DNA of 64,000 nt from Candidatus Yanofskybacteria bacterium RIFCSPLOWO2_02_FULL_44_18 (GTDB lineage Bacteria > Patescibacteriota > Minisyncoccia > 2-02-FULL-40-12 > GWA2-44-9), in assembly GCA_001794755.1 (NCBI GenBank), contig MGKT01000006.1, forward strand, positions 115,045 through 179,044, in the 5' to 3' direction. Below the pieces are notes generated by a model. It did not search any database and was not told where the DNA came from. It saw only the letters and a list, made by a program, of their open reading frames with translations. Positions 55,848 to 64,000 of the stretch are shown here, piece by piece; within the stretch, counting starts at the first letter, position 1, and every line of letters begins with the position of its first letter. A program made the translations under genes and the position numbers.

Positions 55848-58175
55848 TCACTTGAGTTTAATCTTCAGATCTATATCGTTATCAAATTTCCGGCTTAATA
55901 TATACCCGTCGGAAATTCTGTCCAGCGTAGGCTGTGACTCTATGACCGCCGTATTTGACGGCAGTGACAAGGAATAATTGAATTCATCAACGATTAAGCC
56001 GGGTTGTTTTTGCATATATAGATTGTAATCGCCGCCAATATATTTGTCGGGTACTGAATATTGGATTGTGACGGTCTTTGTCTCACCGGGATTCGTAATA
56101 AGCCAAAATCCGAATCCGGTCTTGCCGCTTTCCCGATAAACATCGACTCCCGTTTTGGCGTCAATATGCACAGTCGCTTCCAGTCCGGAAAGATCTTCAT
56201 CTTTCTTGAAATTGTAATCAGCGTATCCCAGGAGCGGCCGGAAATCCGGCTTGGAATTTCCTTTGATACTTTTTAATTGCGAGCCGGCCGGCGCTAAAAT
56301 TCTGACATACGTCGGATTTTGCTTATTGTAAAAGCCGTACTGATTTTTGCCGCCGTTATGTTTTCGGGAAATGCTAACGGTATGCGCAAGCTCGTCCGAT
56401 ATTTGAGTGTTTACGGATATTGAGTTGTCAATCACCGCGTCAGTTTTCGATCCTTTCACGTTGCTGAAAGTAATCATCATGTAATCCCCGTCCGTATTTT
56501 TTACATGGCCGGAAAGGCCGTGATCATACGCGAAACTCTGCAGTTTTAATTCCTTGAAATACATCAGGATGTCTTTTCTCTCTATGCTCATCACGATCAT
56601 ATTAAATATGTCCATCCATTGTTGAGAATCCGACGAATATATTTTTTCAAGCAGTTTCGGCGCAAAATCAACGAGTATTTGTTTGGGCTGGGCCCGATTC
56701 GGGCCGTACTCCACTTCTTTTTGAATGGTATCCGTGAAGTTTTCTCCGGTTAAAGTCAGTCCGTATTCCGGCATATCAATGGGGCCGATGACATCCAAGA
56801 TTCCGGATACCAGCTTCGGGCTCAAGGTAATGACGCCGTCTATGTCGGAGCCGGACTCTTTTTTGTAGAAGGACATGATTTTTTTGGCTGAAGCCGGGAA
56901 GTCAATAAACCAGTTGGCGTCTCTCATTCCCCAAGTCGGCGTTATGTGCTGCAATTGCTTGGGCGGAATGATATTTTCCTTCAATTGGCCGTCCAGATTA
57001 TACACGTCATCGACTTTGAAATCCGCGAGATCGCCGTCTTGAAACATTAACACCCCGTAACTCCCGGGAAAGCCGCCGGTCGGCCGCAATTCAGACGGAT
57101 TTTGAAACATGATTAAAAATTTCTTTGTTCCCGATGATCCGGTCAAGTCATCAAAGAACTTGGCGTAATCAAGTCCGACCGAAATCAATTTTTCAAATTC
57201 CGGCAATTTGGATTTAAAAGCTTCAAAACTCGATTGCTTTTCTTCCGGCAAACTTAAGACATCGACATTTGCCAGCAAGGTCCCGGCTTTTTTTATGTTC
57301 CCGTTCGAAACATTGAAAGCGTTTCTTAACGACTCGGCCATTTTGTTTACTTTTCCGGAACTGTTCCATACACCATCCATAGCCTCGGTCATCGCTTTGC
57401 CCGCGTCCGCGATTAACTGTCCGGCTTGTATTAAATTGTTTGCCGATTTTAACTTTTCCGCTCCGGGCAAATCAGCCAAAAGCGAGCCCAGAGTAGAGCC
57501 CATAAAATTTAGGTTGTCTCCCGCCTTTGAAAACTGTTCATATGCTTCCAGAAAGCTGCCCGACGCGCCGTTGAAATCCAAAGTTTCCAATTTAGCCTTG
57601 GCTTCTTCAAGATTTTGGACCGCCGAACTGCTTTGCTGAACAACTTGCTTCTTTGCCCCGACAATGTATTTGCTTCCCAGAAAACTCAAAGCGACGATGA
57701 CCAGGACAATGAATATTCTGGTGCCGGATTTACCCTTTTTAGGATTTGAATAACTACTGAGAGCCACGTCCAGATCCGTGGCTCGAGTGGCGCTTCTTTC
57801 TTCAGCGAGAACAACGGGGTTCTGAACGGTTTCTAAATCGACAAATTTAACGGGCGCGCGGATGTGCTTTAAGGCAACATTAATTTGTTCTTCCCGGATG
57901 GGCTCCAAACGGACAACAGCCGGTATTTGCTCGCGCAGGTATATTTCAAATTCCCTTAAAATATCTTCCTTGCTTATTTGAGAGGCCAAAATGGGCTCAA
58001 TTTTAATATCCGAGGTCTCGTCCGTTTCCGGAAGGGAAATATTTTTTTCTTTCTTTTTGCGCAGGCATACGAGAGCGGAAATTTCCGTAGTTTCGGAAAC
58101 GGCAACTCGACCGGTTTCGTCTACCGGTTTAACATCAAACATCGCCCCCATGACATGATACGGATTACGGGGCAT
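55848..58175 (-). CDS. DUF4012-like large membrane-anchored extracellular protein
   Basis: Single TM near residue 200; QNPSELRPTGGFPGSYGVLMFQDGDL motif characteristic of DUF4012; adjacent to murJ and glycosyltransferases. Confidence 0.6.
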   Translation of the reverse strand: MPRNPYHVMGAMFDVKPVDETGRVAVSETTEISALVCLRKKKEKNISLPETDETSDIKIEPILASQISKEDILREFEIYLREQIPAVVRLEPIREEQINVALKHIRAPVKFVDLETVQNPVVLAEERSATRATDLDVALSSYSNPKKGKSGTRIFIVLVIVALSFLGSKYIVGAKKQVVQQSSSAVQNLEEAKAKLETLDFNGASGSFLEAYEQFSKAGDNLNFMGSTLGSLLADLPGAEKLKSANNLIQAGQLIADAGKAMTEAMDGVWNSSGKVNKMAESLRNAFNVSNGNIKKAGTLLANVDVLSLPEEKQSSFEAFKSKLPEFEKLISVGLDYAKFFDDLTGSSGTKKFLIMFQNPSELRPTGGFPGSYGVLMFQDGDLADFKVDDVYNLDGQLKENIIPPKQLQHITPTWGMRDANWFIDFPASAKKIMSFYKKESGSDIDGVITLSPKLVSGILDVIGPIDMPEYGLTLTGENFTDTIQKEVEYGPNRAQPKQILVDFAPKLLEKIYSSDSQQWMDIFNMIVMSIERKDILMYFKELKLQSFAYDHGLSGHVKNTDGDYMMITFSNVKGSKTDAVIDNSISVNTQISDELAHTVSISRKHNGGKNQYGFYNKQNPTYVRILAPAGSQLKSIKGNSKPDFRPLLGYADYNFKKDEDLSGLEATVHIDAKTGVDVYRESGKTGFGFWLITNPGETKTVTIQYSVPDKYIGGDYNLYMQKQPGLIVDEFNYSLSLPSNTAVIESQPTLDRISDGYILSRKFDNDIDLKIKLK

Positions 58176-58209
58176 TCTGGCTTAATTATACCCCCGAATC
58201 CCATATTAT

Positions 58210-58245
58210 ATCTGTTGATTAAAACAAAAAAAACAGCGCTTTCGC
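58210..58245 (-). terminator. Rho-independent terminator for the flotillin operon
   Basis: Reverse strand cagcgc-gaaa-gcgctg followed by tttttttt. Confidence 0.65.
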
Positions 58246-58294
58246 GCTGGCCTGATCATAATAACAATGATCAGGACTTGATATTGCCGCCGTT

Positions 58295-59572
58295 TCACTT
58301 CTTGGTAGTTCGGCCGGCGCCGGAAGCCTTCAGGTCAAGCCCGAGGTCGATCGCCGCCTTTGATCCCATGATCTCCAGCAATTGCATCGCTCCCGATCCG
58401 GCCTGACTGCCTGCGCCCCCGCCGGAACTGACGAGTGGCATCCAGTTGCCCTGATAGTTCTTGACAGCGTCGGCCCAGTACTTCTGGGTCTCAATGTACG
58501 CGGCAAGCTTCTTGTCGAGCGCCCCGTCGGCCTCCATGACGAGTTGCCGACGCCGTGCTTCACCCTCGCCCAGAAGAATATTCTGCGACTTGGTTTGCTC
58601 GGCAGCGCGCCTATCGAGTTCGGCAACGGCCAGCCGCTGTTCGGCCGCCGTTACCTCCTTGGCCTTGATGACCTCCTGTTCCCACTTGGCCTTGGCCGCA
58701 TTCGCCTCGCCTTCTTTGGCAACAGTAATTGCTCTCTGTTCGGCTTGTCGAGCTTCGGCAATCGCCGTCTGAACTTGCATCGTCAGCTGCTGCTGCTGCT
58801 GAATCTGCTTCTCCACCACGTCGTCGTACGGCATGTCCTTGATGGAGAAGTTGAAGGGCCGAATTCCGAAAGCCGTGAGCTGGCCGGGCTCCTGGCGTTC
58901 ATGATTCCCGTCCCGACCGTTCACTATCTCCACGATAGTGACGGTTTTCTCCACTCCCGTTAGAGGATCCTTCGTCTTGACATCCTTCTGAATCGTCTTG
59001 ACGACGCCGTTGAGCACCTGGTCCTCCACCAGACTGATCAAGGCGTTGCGCTTCTCGGCGTAGGATTCCTTCGAGCTCATCAGCGGTCCTATCATGTAGA
59101 TCGACTTGTTGACGACCGTCTCGACGAGCTGTTTCTGAATTGCCTCCGGGTTTCCGAAGCGCACATGGAGATCCGTCAGATTCTTGTTGTCCAGCGGCAT
59201 CTCATACTGGATGGAGCCGCTCATATACGCGTGGCCGCCGTCGTTGAACCGCAGCTTGATGCGTTGGTCCTCTTCCGGCACGCAGTCACGCTGCTTGGTC
59301 GTTTCATTCTCCTGCCACTTCAGGCAGGCGAATTCGTACATGTGGCGCTTCGGATACGTCGTCAGTTTCCCGAAGCCCTGCCACTTGACGCCGGGCGTGA
59401 CGTGCCACGTCATCTTGCCCCAGACCGACTGGACGAGCAGGATCTCGTTCGCGTTCACCGTCTCGAAGACGTTGAACAGAAACAAGATTCCGACTAGCAT
59501 CGCGACGAGGGCCGCGATGCCCTTCCCATACCTCCTCACCGAATCCGGCGCCACCGCCATCGTATCTTTCAC
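58295..59572 (-). CDS. SPFH/Band-7 (flotillin-like) protein with long coiled-coil; GC-rich
   Basis: N-terminal TM, SPFH-like domain, then QQQQQ and Ala/Glu-rich coiled coil and Gly-rich tail; local GC about 58-60%. Confidence 0.7.
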   Translation of the reverse strand: MKDTMAVAPDSVRRYGKGIAALVAMLVGILFLFNVFETVNANEILLVQSVWGKMTWHVTPGVKWQGFGKLTTYPKRHMYEFACLKWQENETTKQRDCVPEEDQRIKLRFNDGGHAYMSGSIQYEMPLDNKNLTDLHVRFGNPEAIQKQLVETVVNKSIYMIGPLMSSKESYAEKRNALISLVEDQVLNGVVKTIQKDVKTKDPLTGVEKTVTIVEIVNGRDGNHERQEPGQLTAFGIRPFNFSIKDMPYDDVVEKQIQQQQQLTMQVQTAIAEARQAEQRAITVAKEGEANAAKAKWEQEVIKAKEVTAAEQRLAVAELDRRAAEQTKSQNILLGEGEARRRQLVMEADGALDKKLAAYIETQKYWADAVKNYQGNWMPLVSSGGGAGSQAGSGAMQLLEIMGSKAAIDLGLDLKASGAGRTTKK

Positions 59573-59886
59573 AGTTCACTCCTTGTGGAATGGTCCACAA
59601 CCTTGGCCGGCCGTGGACGGTTGACGTCCCTTGCCCGTCTCTGGGCATCCACGATCTCTTTCTTCAACCTTGCCTCGTCCTCCCTCTCACGTGCCTCCCG
59701 GAGCTCACGCTCCAGTCGGCGTTGACGGAAGAAAGGAAACAAGGGTTTGTCCTGAAAAATCGGAATCAGGACTTGGGTGATGCTCGCGTAAACAAACGCG
59801 ACGACAACAACAAAGACGACGAGATCGAGAGCCGCAATCGCTCCCATTTGCTCCTCGCTATTTTTGGGCAACATGGCCCGCGGCAT
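59569..59886 (-). CDS. Small membrane protein with charged coiled-coil tail (flotillin-operon partner, NfeD/YqiJ-like role inferred)
   Basis: TM helix then RRLERELREAREREDEARLKKE; ATGA-type overlap with flotillin gene; GC-rich. Confidence 0.5.
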   Translation of the reverse strand: MPRAMLPKNSEEQMGAIAALDLVVFVVVVAFVYASITQVLIPIFQDKPLFPFFRQRRLERELREAREREDEARLKKEIVDAQRRARDVNRPRPAKVVDHSTRSEL

Positions 59887-59914
59887 AGCTGCCTTAAGAC
59901 CTGTTAATGAACTT

Positions 59915-59951
59915 ATATATCAATTATAACACAGAACAATACATAAATCAA
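59915..59951 (-). promoter_or_regulatory. Sigma-70 promoter (TTGATT-17-TATAAT) for the GC-rich two-gene operon
   Basis: Reverse strand ttgatt tatgtattgttctgtgt tataat about 30 nt upstream of ATG at 59886. Confidence 0.6.
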
Positions 59952-59969
59952 GGGTTTGTCATGATTCCA

Positions 59970-61115
59970 TTAACTAGTCAGAACTTCCAGTGTTTTCTCG
60001 GCAATCTGGGGCCAGGAAAATTTCTCGGCCCTGTTGAGCCCTTTTGCTTTGAGTTTCTGGCTTAAAGCAGAATCGGACAGTACGCATTCAATTCCCTTGG
60101 CAATGTCCGACGCATCATAGGGGTCAACCAGTATTCCGGCGTCGCCAACCACTTCCGGAAGAGAGGAAGTGTGAGATACAATTACCGGCGTGGAGCAAGC
60201 CATCGCTTCCAGCGGCGGCAAGCCGAAACCTTCAAAGAAAGATGGATACACCAAAGCCAGAGCGCAATTGTAGTAGTTGACGCGATCAACGCGATCGACG
60301 TTTCCCGCAAGCCGGATATATTTATTCTCCGTCGATGAAGATACGACCGAATTGAATTCTTCAGCCAGCCAGCCTTCGGAGCCGGCAATTACCAGATGCA
60401 GGTCGGGGTGATTTTTTCTGACGATTTCAAACGCTTTTATTATCCCTCGTAAATTCTTCCGCGGCTCCAATGTCGCCAAAGACAAAATGAATCTTTCGGG
60501 CAAAGAATTTTCCCACTTAAATATCTCCTTAGCCTCCTCATCCAAAGGACGGAATGATGGATGACATCCTTGGTATATGACGCTTATTTTTTCCCCGTCA
60601 ATATCGTATATATCAGCCAGATCATTTTTTGTTGATTCGGAAACGGCAATAATCCGATCAGAAAATTTAGCCTGCCATCGAGGCTGCATGTGAAAATGCC
60701 ACATTCTTCTTTTCAAAGAAAACATTTCCGGAAAATGAATGAATGACAAATCATGAAATGTCGTAATCCGGCGGCAGGAATCAGTCAAAGAGCCCAGAAG
60801 AAAATGGGGAAAAAAGAATACGTCGGTACCGCCGATAAGCCGGTCGAGTTTGGGCTGATTTAAAACATTCGAACCCAAAAAAAGAGTCCGGTTCGGAATC
60901 CGCTTGTTTATCAATTCAACATTGGGAAGTTTAAGCCAGGGAAAATCAAAGTCTTGAGAATTCGAAAAAAGAGACGGCTTGTATGAGGAATAAAAAAGTT
61001 TGTAGTTAATCAGTGGGGTTAAGGGCAAGACATGCGCCAAAAGATTTTCAGTGTATTCCTGAATTCCGCCCCATTGCTTTGCCCCCAATACACGAATATC
61101 AATTCCTATTGTCAT
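59970..61115 (-). CDS. GT4 glycosyltransferase
   Basis: EGFGLPPLEAMACSTPVIVS GT-B motif. Confidence 0.8.
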   Translation of the reverse strand: MTIGIDIRVLGAKQWGGIQEYTENLLAHVLPLTPLINYKLFYSSYKPSLFSNSQDFDFPWLKLPNVELINKRIPNRTLFLGSNVLNQPKLDRLIGGTDVFFFPHFLLGSLTDSCRRITTFHDLSFIHFPEMFSLKRRMWHFHMQPRWQAKFSDRIIAVSESTKNDLADIYDIDGEKISVIYQGCHPSFRPLDEEAKEIFKWENSLPERFILSLATLEPRKNLRGIIKAFEIVRKNHPDLHLVIAGSEGWLAEEFNSVVSSSTENKYIRLAGNVDRVDRVNYYNCALALVYPSFFEGFGLPPLEAMACSTPVIVSHTSSLPEVVGDAGILVDPYDASDIAKGIECVLSDSALSQKLKAKGLNRAEKFSWPQIAEKTLEVLTS

Positions 61116-62190
61116 TTATTTTTTCCAATATTTTCTTCTTAAATATTTCAGTATCGAATTTTTCGGCCTGCGCGCGGCAAAATTCGAAGTTGAATTTGAA
61201 ATTTCTGAACTTTTCTATTGCTTCGATTAAAGAATCAGAATTCTGAACGTCAAAGAAAATTCCTGTCTTATTTTCAAGAATTGTTTCCGTTGCCCCGCCG
61301 CCCCGATAAGCAATCACCGGCCGGCCCGAGGCCATCGCTTCCAGAGGCACGATGCCAAAATCTTCTTCCTGGGGAAAAACAAGGGCTTGGGCCTGCGAGT
61401 ATAGCCGAGCCAGCTCGTCGTCGCTGACCATGCCCAGAAATACAATATTGGCGTTGGCCGTCTTTTTTAATTTATTCATCTCCGGACCGATTCCCGCGAT
61501 TTTCAGGGGTAAACCCAATTTATTAAACGCTTCGATGGCAATGTCAAATTTCTTATATGAAACAAGCCGGCCCACCATTAAGAAATAGTCGGCGACATGA
61601 TTTGAAGGTGAAAACTTAGAAACATCTACCGGCGGATATATTACTTCCGCCGGTAGATTGTAGTACTTAGCGATTCTGGATTGGACGAAGTTGGATATAG
61701 CCCAGTACTTGTCAGGCCTTTGGGCCGCGGCCGAGTCCCAAACTCGCAGATAGCTCATGAACGGGGGAAGAAGTTTTCGAATCGGCTTGGGATAGCCAAA
61801 TTCCTCTATAAATTTTTGGCTGCTGTCCCATAAAAATCGGGGCGGCGTCAGGCAATAGCAGATATGGCGGGTGTCCGGTTTGGTTATAATGCCTTTGGCG
61901 AACGAGGCCGATATTGATATAATGAGATCGAAATTATCAAAATTGAATTGTTCGATGCCCAGAGGCATCAGAAGCGGAAACGCGTAGTGATGGCTCTTGG
62001 CAAACGGCATTTTCTGAAGAAATGAAGTTCGGATTTCTCTGTCCTTAAATATCCCGTTGGTGGCGGCCTCATCGTATATAAGCGTGTATATCGGCGCGTC
62101 GGGAAAAATGTCGCAAAGGGCTTGGAGCATTCTTTCGGCTCCGCCGAATTGATTCAAATATTCGTGGACAAAAGCGATTCTCATTGCCAA
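61099..62190 (-). CDS. GT4 glycosyltransferase
   Basis: EDFGIVPLEAMASGRPVIA motif; 17-nt overlap with downstream GT4. Confidence 0.8.
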   Translation of the reverse strand: MAMRIAFVHEYLNQFGGAERMLQALCDIFPDAPIYTLIYDEAATNGIFKDREIRTSFLQKMPFAKSHHYAFPLLMPLGIEQFNFDNFDLIISISASFAKGIITKPDTRHICYCLTPPRFLWDSSQKFIEEFGYPKPIRKLLPPFMSYLRVWDSAAAQRPDKYWAISNFVQSRIAKYYNLPAEVIYPPVDVSKFSPSNHVADYFLMVGRLVSYKKFDIAIEAFNKLGLPLKIAGIGPEMNKLKKTANANIVFLGMVSDDELARLYSQAQALVFPQEEDFGIVPLEAMASGRPVIAYRGGGATETILENKTGIFFDVQNSDSLIEAIEKFRNFKFNFEFCRAQAEKFDTEIFKKKILEKINDNRN

Positions 62191-62212
62191 TCACAATATC
62201 AAGACCGGCTAG

Positions 62213-62587
62213 TTGTTGCAACAACGCGTTAAAAGTGTAAAATATCTTAAGAACTCGGAGGAATTTATGCAAGTTCTTTCAGGAAAAGAAGAATGGGAAT
62301 GGATTGGTCTTACTCTGCCGAGGTCTTACAGGTTTCATGAGGTAAAAGACCGAGTCGAAAAAATTTGCCGTAAACTCAGGCCCGGAATGAGAGTGAGGAA
62401 CGGCAACACCCATACGATCGGAGTTCTTACCGCGAATCCGAATAATCCAAAAAAACTTGAACTTGGATCATGGATATTCGTCATGGTCACAGCTAGAACT
62501 AAAGCCGGTAAAACTATCGGTCGCAAGACAAAACGCGTATGGTATTTAGGTCACATCCAAATTCCCGCCAAATCCAGAACCCGCTAA
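62213..62587 (+). CDS. Hypothetical protein
   Basis: 124-aa ORF; true start possibly internal Met (about 62267). Confidence 0.3.
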   Translation: MLQQRVKSVKYLKNSEEFMQVLSGKEEWEWIGLTLPRSYRFHEVKDRVEKICRKLRPGMRVRNGNTHTIGVLTANPNNPKKLELGSWIFVMVTARTKAGKTIGRKTKRVWYLGHIQIPAKSRTR

Positions 62588-62596
62588 GGGTTCTTT

Positions 62597-63976
62597 TTAA
62601 ACTGCCGAAGGGTCTCGAAACATTTTAAGGAATGTCCGGAATATTATTCTCATGTCCAAAAGTAAAGACCAGTGTTCAATATAGAAGCTGTCAATGGCCA
62701 CTTCTTCGTCAAAAGGAAGATCAGAACTCCCCGATATCTGGGCTAATCCCGTGGCCCCGGCTTTTATGGCCAGAACTTTTTTGTGATGCTTCTCGTATTT
62801 TTGAATCTCATCCGGCTGATGCGGCCGGGGGCCAACCAGTGATATGTCCCCTTTTAATATGTTTATAAACTGGGGGAGTTCATCGATTCGGGTTCGGCGC
62901 AATATCCGGCCAACTCTCGTCACCCTGGGATCATCTTTCATTTTAAACAAAGGCCCGTCTTTTCTTTCGTTGTAAGCGATAAGCGACGGCTTTAACTCTT
63001 CGGCATTGGCAATCATTGAGCGGAATTTGTATAAATAGAATTCTCTGTTTTTACTGACCCTCTTTAATCTGGCAAAAACAGGACCCTTGGTTTCGTTCTT
63101 AATTATGAGAGCGCATGTTAAAAATATTGGTGATGTTAGAAGCAGTCCTAATGAGGCGGCTGCGATATCGATGCTTCTTTTTATAACTCTTCCCCAGCCG
63201 TCCAATGATGTCCGCTTTAGCTCAATCACCGGAAAGCGGTCAATCAAATCAATCCCGAAGTTGGTGGTCAGAGTTTGATATATGTTGGGAATGAATTTAA
63301 AAACAATATGGTTGTCGTTGCAGAAATCAACCAATTCGCGAACGCGATCGGCCGGATAATTCGGATTAGCCAAGATTACTTCATCAATGTCCGATTGAAT
63401 CTCCCGAATCTTCAAAAAATCCGGTTCAATAATATGGCCGACGATTCTGTACCCATGGTGCGGATTCTCGCTAATCCTCGCCTTAATTGTTTGGGCCACT
63501 TCGTCGGCGCCAATTAGCAGAACCCGGTGGATACCGAAATCGTATTTGCCCACGAAAATTTTCTGCAAAAGCCTGACTAATTGCCGGCCGATAGTCACTA
63601 ACAATATGGCAAAAATCCAACCGCCTAAAACCAGGAATCGGGAATTAAAAAGCTCCTGGCGCAAGAATATGAATATAATGACAAGCATTATGCCCGCCGA
63701 GGAACCGATAATTATTTTTACGAATTCTTCCCAGCGCCCAATTTTGGCCCTCATCCCGTAAAGACCGACGGCGGCGTATGCTCCCAGAAATACAAATGAC
63801 ACAAAAACGACTAAATATAAGAACTGGGTCAAGGGCAAATTGAATTGGAACAATACCGGACGATAACCCGATAAGAGCTGGGTTCGGAAAATATACGCGG
63901 TCAATCCGGCCAATAGCAGCATCCCAAAATCTACCGGCAGGCGGATAACATTGAAAAATAGGTCGCTTTTCTTCAT
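62597..63976 (-). CDS. Polyprenyl glycosylphosphotransferase (WbaP/sugar transferase family), initiating enzyme
   Basis: Four to five N-terminal TM; C-terminal bacterial sugar transferase domain with LKGDISLVGPRPHQPDEI. Confidence 0.85.
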   Translation of the reverse strand: MKKSDLFFNVIRLPVDFGMLLLAGLTAYIFRTQLLSGYRPVLFQFNLPLTQFLYLVVFVSFVFLGAYAAVGLYGMRAKIGRWEEFVKIIIGSSAGIMLVIIFIFLRQELFNSRFLVLGGWIFAILLVTIGRQLVRLLQKIFVGKYDFGIHRVLLIGADEVAQTIKARISENPHHGYRIVGHIIEPDFLKIREIQSDIDEVILANPNYPADRVRELVDFCNDNHIVFKFIPNIYQTLTTNFGIDLIDRFPVIELKRTSLDGWGRVIKRSIDIAAASLGLLLTSPIFLTCALIIKNETKGPVFARLKRVSKNREFYLYKFRSMIANAEELKPSLIAYNERKDGPLFKMKDDPRVTRVGRILRRTRIDELPQFINILKGDISLVGPRPHQPDEIQKYEKHHKKVLAIKAGATGLAQISGSSDLPFDEEVAIDSFYIEHWSLLLDMRIIFRTFLKMFRDPSAV

Positions 63977-64000
63977 TTATACAGGAAATATATATCTTTT

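Noticed and set aside
1-64000. rRNA genes, transposases, integrases, prophage
   Set aside because: None recognised. The only mobile-type elements are the group I intron and possibly the ORF nested in the tRNA cluster.

Overview
This 64-kb window looks like a low-GC (about 38-42%) chromosomal fragment from a Patescibacteria/CPR-type bacterium using the standard genetic code; TGA is read as a stop and an RF2 gene is present. It is dominated by cell-envelope functions. The first 6 kb carries four GT2/GT4 glycosyltransferases and a Wzy_C (O-antigen-ligase/O-oligosaccharyltransferase-like) protein with TPR repeats. Positions 8.5-23.4 kb encode a run of secreted S/T/P/G-rich surface proteins interleaved with three tandem GT-C-like (TMTC/PMT_2-like) membrane proteins that also have C-terminal TPRs. 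The 3' end returns to glycosyltransferases, a polyprenyl glycosyl-phosphotransferase, MurJ and a DUF4012 protein. Housekeeping genes are scattered throughout: RNase J, TrpRS, LepA, FtsEX, SecG, PGI/PMI, FKBP, Bcp, LexA with a Y-family polymerase, and an L,D-transpeptidase. Five tRNAs were found. One of them, tRNA-Asn(GUU), is interrupted in its anticodon loop by a compact (~194 nt) group I intron carrying canonical R/S core elements. The RF2 gene encodes only domains 2-4 (SPF and GGQ present), and there is no room upstream for domain 1 or the usual programmed frameshift. The most system-like hypothesis is that the glycosyltransferase/GT-C-TPR/Wzy_C-TPR genes form a protein O-glycosylation neighbourhood acting on the adjacent S/T-rich surface proteins. 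Other notable items are a GC-rich (about 58-60%) two-gene SPFH/flotillin island with its own strong promoter, a Cheo-type (GAAC-N4-GTTC) SOS box upstream of lexA-umuC, and a strong promoter driving a Cys-rich micro-ORF that is translationally coupled to a small membrane protein. No rRNA, CRISPR array, transposase or integrase was seen. Coordinates I derived by hand (tRNAs, motifs) may be off by 1-2 nt.
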